Of a DNA stretch of 64,000 nt, positions 11,692 to 20,566 are shown in pieces; position 1 is the stretch's first letter; each line of letters opens with the position of its first letter. Source of the stretch: Takakia lepidozioides (taxonomy: Eukaryota > Plantae > Bryophyta). Where the stretch lies: contig CM060734.1 in the NCBI GenBank assembly GCA_030704615.1, positions 54,374,001 to 54,438,000 on the forward strand, in the 5' to 3' direction. Made by a program: the position numbers and the translations under genes. The notes under the pieces were generated by a model. That model was not told the origin of the DNA. It ran no database searches and saw nothing but the letters and a program-made list of their open reading frames with translations.

Positions 11692-12427
11692 AGAAATGGG
11701 ACAGGGCATTTCCAAAATTTTGGCAACTCTAAGAACCTCTTTTGGAAATGCGGCACCGCATTTCCAAAACAGGGGAGGGACTAATTTTTCCATTTCAATG
11801 TTGGCATAGTAAAAAGTAATCTGAATTGGGAATGCGGTGCCGCATTTCCAAAATTTCCTTTGTCCACACGCCAGTTTTGGCCTCTCCCGCTCATTGCATG
11901 GATGCCACCACGCTTACAGAGGTCGAACAAGGAGGTCGAACAAGGAGGCCGACATGGCGGGATTGGAAATGCGGTGCCGCATTTCCATATTGGGGATGGT
12001 GGTTGTTCGAACTGCAGACCCATCAACAAAAACTGGCACCGCATTCCATTGTAAAAAAAAAGTCGATGACGGACATGGAAATGCGGCGCCGCATTTCCAG
12101 AACGGACATCGCAATTTGTCAATTTGCAGACCCTCTCTCGGAAATGCGGTAACGCATTCCATCGCGCTGGTCGGAAATAGGTGCACTTTTCGAAGTGTTG
12201 GACGGAAATGCGGCACCGCATTCCCTTGTCCAAAAAGAAGTTTCCATTGCCAAGCTGGAAATGCGTCGCCGCATTTGCAATGCCAACCTCGTTTTCTGAT
12301 CAATTTATAGACCCGTGTTGGTATTTCGTGTACCTGGACGGAAATGATGCACCGCATTTTCTTGTCCCACATGGAAATGCGGTGCCGCATTTCGATGTCC
12401 GACATGGAAATGCGGTGCCGCATTTCG
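11692..12427. repeat. Second, irregularly spaced cluster of the same palindrome (~11 copies)
   Basis: Copies at ~11692 (degenerate), 11744, 11828, 11965, ~12027 (degenerate), 12077, 12140, 12204, 12257, 12340, 12373, 12406. Confidence 0.93.
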
Positions 12428-12943
12428 ATGTCCGACATGGCGTTACTCTGGTATATTCTTGACACATGACTCACATACCGGTTACTCTGCTTTATTCAAC
12501 CAGACAGACAAATTGTAGAAATGAGACATCAAATTGTAAACAGTGGGCCAAATCCGAGAGTTATTCAACACAATGAAACACAGTCATACAGAAGTGAGGT
12601 ACATTCCAGGGCACACTCCAGGGCACATTTAAATTTCCCCCCTACAGGATCCTGGACCGATGAAGATTGGCTGCTGCATGAATGTAGCCGTTTCAGTTTC
12701 CTACCCTGCCATGCAAATTATGGGCACTCACTGCCAGGTGGGCCGATAGCCACTGGACACGACGAAGTCCATCCCCTCTTCGATGTAAATGCGGCGCCGA
12801 ATTTCCATCCGGGGGGATGGATTTCGGTGGCAGATCTCAAACTATAACTTGTTGATGAGAAAGATGTATGGCTTCATCCACCGCTGGCGTGATGAACACG
12901 TTCCACCTCCGTCGGTGGGTACGTGTGACCCAGATGCTCCATT

Positions 12944-13618
12944 TTGGAGGCCGGACTGCTCTTCCGCTTCGTATCTTTTCCAAAATCTAAGGGCTTCGTA
13001 GCTGTCCGCAAGGTCATCGGCATCCAAGTCGTCCTCAGGTCCTCCATTGCAAGGATGCCGTGCTTCCGGAACCGGGACGACTGCCCCTTTGGAGGCATCG
13101 ATTATGCAATGTATTCGGCCACATCGGGAGACATTGTTATCTGGTACACAGATTACACAGAAGATACTGGTTCGATTGTGGAAACATTGGTGGCTTTTGA
13201 GTATATCGTAGGCCACTACGCCTTCGAGCGGGGTGACGATCTTGGTTTGAGGAGTCCGTGGCTCCTGCGCATCCTCGATTCCGATTTTCCCAGCTACGAC
13301 GGTCACCCATGCAGAAGAAGGCGCACTGCTATGCTGTTGCGGTGGAACTGCTGCCACTGGACGTGGGTGGACTCAATCGGAGAGACCTATTCTCCTCGAG
13401 GAGTGCGCTCCTCTTCTCCATTGTATGGGGACATTCGCATTGGTGTGGACGACGAAAACGTGAAGATTTCCATATTCGATGGTGGTATGATTGAAGGGCA
13501 GGACATTGTGGTGAACATCACTAGGGGCGGTACAACGGCTGCAATCGACTTTACATGGAGGAGCCCCAGGACTCATGAGCTAGTTCTGAGAGCAGTCGAA
13601 GTCCCATTGACAACGTGA
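12944..13618 (+). CDS. Putative third cargo gene of unknown function; probably has upstream exon(s) from ~12648
   Basis: 224-codon open frame with protein-like composition, followed by AATAAA at ~13702. Possible acceptor (ccctacag) at ~12648. No recognisable family. Confidence 0.4.
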   Translation: MEAGLLFRFVSFPKSKGFVAVRKVIGIQVVLRSSIARMPCFRNRDDCPFGGIDYAMYSATSGDIVIWYTDYTEDTGSIVETLVAFEYIVGHYAFERGDDLGLRSPWLLRILDSDFPSYDGHPCRRRRTAMLLRWNCCHWTWVDSIGETYSPRGVRSSSPLYGDIRIGVDDENVKISIFDGGMIEGQDIVVNITRGGTTAAIDFTWRSPRTHELVLRAVEVPLTT

Positions 13619-13999
13619 CTTGTATTCAGTAGGCACAGGGCTCAAGATTTGAGGGCACAATCAGCACAGTAGACGTGCTTCAAATGCAATTCATGTGGAT
13701 CAATAAAAACCTCATTGTGCCCTCTTTTTATTCTATTCTGTGTCCATTGTTCCGAGAATGCGTCATTGCTCATTTCGTTTGGGATTGGGAGTGTGGGTGA
13801 ATTTTGCAAATGGCTGGTAGGCTGAAATGGGCCCCCATTGTACAGAGCAATACCACCCTACCATTCGCGAAACATTGCCTTTCAATATATAATTCTAAAT
13901 AACATTGCCGAACCTCCTTCATCGGGAGGTCCTTCTCCCCCTATGACCGTGGCACCCTAAACCCTATTCCCGCGGACACTCATTTCCGGAAAATAGTGC

Positions 14000-14080
14000 T
14001 GCTCATGTTTTTTTCCACACTTACGACTCTGCTCATGGCTCATGCCGCTCATGGCTCATGGCTCATGAAATAGCAGCCCC
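14000..14080. repeat. Right terminal region of the MULE (putative TIR) with GCTCATG repeats
   Basis: About six GCTCATG copies ending in ...ATGAAATAGCAGCCCC, immediately followed by Gypsy pol sequence (cagtttacaggatgaactgg). Confidence 0.6.
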
Positions 14081-15232
14081 CAGTTTACAGGATGAACTGG
14101 TGACTGGTTGGACAATCACAGCTGATGAGCAGGTGAGAGAAGTGAATGTGGGAACTGAAGAGGAACCGAGGATGGTGAAGGTAGGAGCTGATTTGGAGCC
14201 AAAATTCTTTGAGGAAGCTAAGAGTTTGTTCATCAAATACAAAGATGTATTTTCTTGGAGCTACGAGGATCTAAAAGGGATACCACCTGAGATCTGTCAG
14301 CATAAGATTGTACTGGAACCAGGGTCTGTACCAATCAAATAGGCAAGGTACAGAATGAATCCCAACTATGCACAGAAGGTTGGAGAAGAGATCAAGAAGT
14401 TGGCTGAGGCTAAGTTTATATACCCAATAGAGTATACAACACTGTGGCAGGCCATGAGATGTACTCATTCATGGATGGCTTCAGTGGTTATAATCAAGTG
14501 CAAGTGGCGGAAGACTAGGGAAAGACGGCTTTCATCACAGACTGGGGTGCTTATGCATACAAAGTCATGCCTTTTGGACTTTGTAATGCACCAGCAACCT
14601 TTCAGAGAGTGATAAGTGAATCTTTTCATGAGTATCTGGATGATTTCATGCAGGTGATCTTGGATGATTTCAGTGTGTACAGCTCAAAGAGTGAGCACTT
14701 GCATAAATTGGAGTTATGTTTGGCCAGATGCAGGATGAAAGGTCTGGGCCTGAATCCAGATAAGTGTACTTTCTGTGTGAACTCAGGGGTGCTTTTGGGA
14801 CACATTGTGTGTAAAGATGGGACTTCTTGTGGATCCCAGGAAGACAGAGGCCATTAAAGCCTCTCTACCACTAGAGGTTGCAGGAGCATGCTGCAGTGAT
14901 AAAGATCCAGAGTTCTTACCGAGGTTGGCTAGCTAATGTTAAGAGTCTAAGGAGATTCCTTGGACAAACCAGTTATTACAAAAGATTTGTCAAAAGGTAT
15001 GCACAGATAGCAGCACCATTGAGCAAGCTTCTGAAGAAAGATGCAGTGTTTGCATGGACATGTCTGAATGTCAATAGGCTTATTGAGGAACTTACATTTC
15101 AGTAACAACTACCATTTGTTGATTAACCCTCACTGGCAGTAGTATTTCATGTTCATTGTGATGCCTCAGGAGAACGTGGCGGTGTGGTTGAGCATGTGTA
15201 GTCAAATGTATTTGCAGGAAATTCACATTCAC
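14081..15232 (+). pseudogene. Degenerate Ty3/Gypsy pol fragment (RT to RNase H), same family as 15233-28745
   Basis: Matches 40495-41710 (SLQDE..TGWTITADEQ, MPFGLCNAPATFQR, LDDFSVYS). Contains stops, an internal deletion and frameshifts. Confidence 0.92.
14875..14932 (+). other. 58-bp foreign insert encoding an IQ calmodulin-binding-like motif inside Gypsy pol
   Basis: Absent from the other two pol copies. Reads [19 protein letters not shown]. Flanked by CTAG at 14871-14874 and 14929-14932. Confidence 0.7.
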
Positions 15233-16295
15233 TGTCGCGCGGCTTTTACTCACCCATCCCTTCGCTATCCGAGGCGGAAACTCCAAGATAGAAGAGTTGG
15301 AAATCTCTAAGTACTCAGCCCGCGCAGAACAATCAGTCATGACCTACAGCTAGTGTATCATGGGGGTGTTTCCTATTTGTTTCCCTTTTCGCATTCATCT
15401 TAGCTACCTTACCATTGATAATTACGTATTAGTTTCCTTCACTCCTCCATTCAATCCACAGCTTCACTCAGATCTCTCTACACAGTGTGATTGTATCGTA
15501 TAAATATCAGATTATGATTTATCAGGTATCAGGCCGAAGCCATTGTATCTCTATTCTCCTCTACAATATCCCTACGGCTTTGCATCTAACAAGCATCTAC
15601 TAATCCTCCTTCATCGTGCTCTCCGATCTCCGCTTCCGCCTGACTCCCAAGTCCTCCCCGAATAATCATCTCATCATAATCCCCGTTCTTCCCTTTATCC
15701 TCCTATCCGCGGTTCTAACCGTTTCCCTCTCTAACCGTCGTATGTGAACTAACATGTTCCCTTCTCTGGTGTTGTTCCCCACAGTCGTTCCCTGTCCTAC
15801 TCTTCGTTCCCTATTATCGTGACAGCTGTGTCAAGCGGTGACTGGCTGTGTTTGGCTGTGTCGGGCTGTGACTGGCTGTGTGGCTATGCCGGGCTGTGAC
15901 TGGCTGTGTGGGCTGTGTCTGCTGTGACGACTGTGACGGGCTGTGTGGGCTGTGTGGGCTGTGACGACTATGACGGGCTGTGTGGGCTGTGACGGCTGTG
16001 ACGGGCTGTGTTGGCTGTGACGGCTGTGTGGGCTGTGTGGGCTGTGACGCTGTGTGGGCTGTGTGGGCTGTGGGCTTTGTGTGGGCTGTGTGGGCTGTGT
16101 TGGGCTGTGTGGGCTGTGTCGGCTGTGTTGGCTGTGACGGCTGTGACGGCTGTGTGGGCTGTGTGGGTTGTGTAACCCCCTTCTACAGTGCTCTGCTGTC
16201 ACCCCTAAGGTTCCTGTTTGTCTCAGTCTGTGCAAAAATTAAGGGTACCCTACAGATCCCGTATAAGTGTCTAAGTCCCCTACAGTCCTCTAACA
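15233..16295 (-). repeat. 3' LTR containing GGCTGTGT/CACAGCC minisatellite
   Basis: TGTCGCG...CTAACA, nearly identical to 27674-28745. Confidence 0.95.
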
Positions 16296-16312
16296 TTACC
16301 CCTTCCCCCCTC
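16296..16312 (-). other. Polypurine tract
   Basis: Minus strand GAGGGGGGAAGGGGTAA directly before the 3' LTR. Confidence 0.88.
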
Positions 16313-19300
16313 AAAAAGCCGTGTCCTCACGGTTTACTGTTTTCGAGTAGCAAACCTTTGTGAGTGAGCACTTTGACGTTGAGAGTTCGTGGTGGGCTGT
16401 GTGTACGAGCCCGAGGTCTGTCTCTGGTTGATGGAGATGGTTGATTACTACCTGGATAAGTGAGGCCTTCTGGAGGCTGATATCGAGGTAATCTTTCCGG
16501 CAGAGGAGATCCCCTTTGTTTCTTCTCTTCCATCTGAATTGTATAGTCTTCTCCCATGTCAAAAGAATTTTGTGAAGAACCAGTTGTATCAGAATCGTCA
16601 TCGCCTCTTAGGTGTTTTAATTTTCGAACTTTTTGTGGAATCATCTGGGGCATACAATGCTGTCCTACCATGTCTGGAAGTTTGCATTTTACAACCTGGT
16701 GCAACCGTTGAACAGCAAAATTGGTGTAGACACTGAGCTCCTTGTCTGTCCAAATGAGTGGGGTACCAATTACTGGTGCCGCGTGCAAGTATTTTCCATG
16801 CGATATGTCCCTTATAGAAAATGTCATCAAGTCCGAATTTCTGTGTTGACAAATTGTTGCAGGCTGCTTGAAACCATGAACGAATTTGAGAATCCTTCTG
16901 TATCATAACTTTTGGGTCATATAGGTACATATGAGGTGGCACCGAAGGTAATACCCAATGATCTCCACTGGAGTAACTTTGAAAGCGTGCTTGCATCTTT
17001 TGTTGCTCAATGTGGTAACGTATCAGAAAACAAGCAGCGTAGTATAGCCCGCACCCCATGACAATACTTGCTATCTCCTTGGTCTTGGTATAAATGAGTC
17101 CATGTACAACCTGGAAAGCAACCAATTCCCTCAACATTGTACCTGCCTCGTGCCAGTATTGTGCAAAGTGATGATCTTCAATATGTCGATTGTTTGGAAG
17201 AACTTTAGTCCTGGTTGCCACTGGCAGCCAAATACGCATGATTTGGTAGTAATGTGCGAATGACTGCGGAGGACTAAATTCTTTCCAAGCCAAATCCAAC
17301 ATGAATGGAATTTGGTTGAAGGGCATAATCATAGCCCTACTGTACTCCCTGGCAGCTGGAGTTTTAGGTGGGTTAAAAGCTGCATTGCCCCATACCTCCG
17401 GCTGTGGTGGCTGTGGTGTGGTTGTAGTAACCACAGGTTCAGTTACTGGTACACTGACCTGTTGTGGTGGTGGTGGTAGTGGTTCCTGTACCATTGGCAT
17501 CTCTTGCACCTCCTGTGAAGACTGAAAAGCCAGAGTTCTGGCTTTCAAATAAGAAGCCATTAGCTGTTCCCGAGGGATATAGACTCTTTGGTCGATGTTT
17601 GAAGTGAGGTCTTCCACTTGAGTCTGGAGTCCGTCTACATCCTCTTGTAACTCTGCTATCCTACTATAGACATTGTCTATAGTAGTTGTGGCAATGTTCT
17701 GCACCTGCAGTCTAAGCTCATTCATCTCGCTTTGGGTGAGCTTCCGTGGGGCTTTGCCTTCTACTGGCCCTTGTGCTAGCCAGACCTGCATAAGGCTGTT
17801 ATCCACCAAGCTGCTTGTGGTTCCCCTGAGAGTTTGCTCCTCTCTTAGCTTATACAATTCCAACTGCTGTTGTAAATCCTTCATGCGCTTCGCCTGTGGC
17901 TCAACCAATTGCGCATAGGCAACAAGTAGATTATTGGCTTCTTTCGAAGCCTTGTTACTGATTGAGATTTCATTTCTATTGGCCACGATGTTTTGTTGCA
18001 ACTCCACGATGTATTTCTCATTCTCAGCTTCCATCTGCCTGTATTGCTTGAGAGTATCTTCATTGCGACAGATTGTATTCTTCATATCGACAATGAGCTT
18101 CATGTGCTCCGCATTCTCTTCTTCTGCCTTCGTACATTTTTCCGCTTGACTGTTTATTTCTTTTGTTGATTGGTCAAGCATAGTTGTAATTGTAGCGCAT
18201 TGTATTGCCATCCTGTTATGCACTGTTTGCAACTCCGTATGTAGTGCATTCAGTTCTTGCAACTTGCTTTCATGCTGCACCTGCATTTGGTATAGCTGTT
18301 GCTTATGTGCTTCGTGCAACTGGTCTTGCGCGAGGCCTGCCTCAATCAATTGTTGCTTGGCTAATTGCAAAGCCATTTCTGTATTGGCCAAGTCCTGCTT
18401 CATCTTGAGAGTGACCTCTTCATCGACCTTGTTTGCACACTCAGTGGCAAGTCGAGCCTCAAACTCCTTCCTGAGTTCTTCTTTCAAGGCTGTCAATTGG
18501 GTAATTGGAACATGGGTTTTGACATAAGTCCCCAACAAATTAAGTGTCCTGCCTATGGAACTCATCAGCATTTCCTGTTGAGGGTCATCATGGTGAGGTT
18601 GCTGCTGTTCCTCCCGATCTTCAACAGTATGATGTCTCACTAACCATTCAGACCATTGTCCCACCGGATTTTCTTCCTGAACTACTTCATTCATGACCGG
18701 TGCTACAGTGTCATGGCCTTCTGCCTGTGGTACCTCCAACACAGGTGTGTGCATTATATGCACCTCAGGATTTCCTTTGGGCAACTGTTGCACCTCTGGG
18801 ATTTCTGTCTCCTTTACCAGACCAGAATATTCATAGAGAAGGTCCCCTTTCTCTATTTCTGCCACTATCTGCTCTGTAGTTGGAATCTCTATCCCTTCAC
18901 TTTCCAAATCAATTATTTCGGTTTGAGCTGCATGGATAACTTGTGACCTTGTGACAAGTCGTTCAAGTGGCTGTGTTGGTTGTGATGCAGAAGTAACTTC
19001 TTCCTCCCTCTCTGAAGGTCCTGCTTCCAGTAATAACATTCTTTTGTGCTGCTGTGCCCCTTCCTGGTTATGAGCTTGGGAAACATTATCATGCGGAATC
19101 CGTGAAGCCAGTGGATCCGCCACTACAGTCTTTCCCCTTCTCTGCCTCTTAGTCTCTGGTTGTGCTGCTAGTCCACCCTCACTGTGTGAAGAGCCTTGCT
19201 CTTCCATTGCAGTTGTTTCTGGCTCAAACACTCCCATTTCCTTCCTTTCTTGTGCATTAAGTATGCCCGAACTAAGGATTATTTGAGCAATGATTGGGCC

Positions 19301-20299
19301 AGACACTATGATAGGAGATTTTGCGGTAGTACTTTGTAATCTTTTCATCTCCTCTACCAGTGCGTTGTACATTATGTCCGCCCATAGTACCTCTTGTCCC
19401 TTCAAGCCTTTGAGGATTTCCTCTGTGAAGGATTTGCTCAAATATTGTTGGTTCTGTTTCAGGGCAATCAGAACGTTCAATACTTGGCTTATGTCTTTTA
19501 ACCCTGGGTACACAGCTTTGGTACAAGCATAACCCTGAGTTTTAAAGAAACTCCCTTCTTGGAATAAATCCCCTATTTGCAGTCTTTCCCTGTGTTCTTC
19601 CACATACACATGACCTGCTGGCAATTGAAACAATTGCTGGAGGTATAGGGGAGTAATCATTAATTCAACTCCCTTCACCGTTGTTGTTCCTGTCTTTGGC
19701 TCAAAGTTCTGCAAAAATTGTAACATGTACTGTCTATGGTGTAGTGTCCAATCCTTGCTTTGCAATCCTTCCAATCTCAGCTCCTTCAGTATCTTTGTCG
19801 CCTGTGGGGTAGCCATCGTTTGTTTCTGCAGAATGGTGGTGCTCTTCACCCTGATTTCCTCCATTCCTCTCACTCTCTTCATCTTAGACTCACCGAACTG
19901 CTTTGGCTGTAACAACTGCAGGAGTGCCTGTAGTGCACAAAGCAGAAACGTATGGTTGCCGCAGAAAGCTATGGGTAACCTCTTGTAAGCCTGCGGGGCT
20001 TGCAAGCATTGTTCAAGAGAAAAGCTCTGCTCTTTCGTTTCGTGTCTCTGCCACTGCGTAAGTAATATTGCGAGCGTAATGTCTGTTAGTTCCTCCATAG
20101 TTTCCAAGTTATAGCATTTATGGCCTGTCCTGTCGAGACGCCCGTTACTCTGAACGACGCCGCCTCTTGCGCTCAATTTCCCTCCATTTTCTTGATCATT
20201 TTTCTGGTTTTCTATTGGCTGTGGCCGCTGTGACTGGATTTTAACTTTTATCTTCTTTAGTGGACTTTCCCTGTTGGATAGTCCACTAGGATCACACAT
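16311..20299 (-). CDS. Extra 3' ORF of the Gypsy element (>1200 aa, long coiled coil, env-like position), frameshifted near the C-terminus
   Basis: 1233-aa ORF 16598-20299 in sense with gag-pol, heptad-rich central region, continuing in 16327-16830 and 16311-16601. Homologous ORF at 43996-45395. Confidence 0.8.
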
Positions 20300-20566
20300 G
20301 CGACATGAATTCGGCTTTTCTGTACTTGCCGTTCGTTCTGTTTCCCTTTTTCCGTATCATTAATGGGTCCGCCTTTCATCCCTTTTGACGGCCGTTCTTG
20401 TCCTCTTTCTTTTTGACACCTGTCCTTGCACTTCATTCTCTGCTGTGTGTCGCACCCTGACCTCCACGTGTCTATTTTTAAATTAATTTCCGTTTCTTCT
20501 TCCTTCAGCCATTTTACTGAAGTTTTTATGTGTCCACTTGTCACTGATTCTATGGATCGTGTAACT

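Larger units (their letters stand above)
1..14080. mobile_element. Mutator-superfamily (MULE) DNA transposon with GCM-type transposase, ParB-methyltransferase cargo gene and palindrome arrays; left end outside window
   Basis: MULE DDE transposase at 304-3898. The same 22-bp palindrome occurs from 32 to ~12806. There is an abrupt junction at 14080/14081 into the middle of a Gypsy pol sequence, preceded by GCTCATG subterminal repeats and a GGGGCTGCTATTTC terminus read on the minus strand. Confidence 0.8.

Noticed and set aside
11517-12474. ORFs over the second palindrome cluster
   Set aside because: Same repeat-derived artefact.
13955-13972. Telomeric repeat CCCTAAACCCTA
   Set aside because: Fewer than two units; at most a telo-box.
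1-14080. Bacterial or phage contamination (ParB, MTase, palindromes)
   Set aside because: The genes have multiple phase-compatible spliceosomal introns and the element joins directly to plant Gypsy sequence.
15831-16363. His/Ser/Pro-rich and Cys/Val/Gly-rich ORFs (also 28272-28924 and 35826-36143)
   Set aside because: Translations of the LTR minisatellite.
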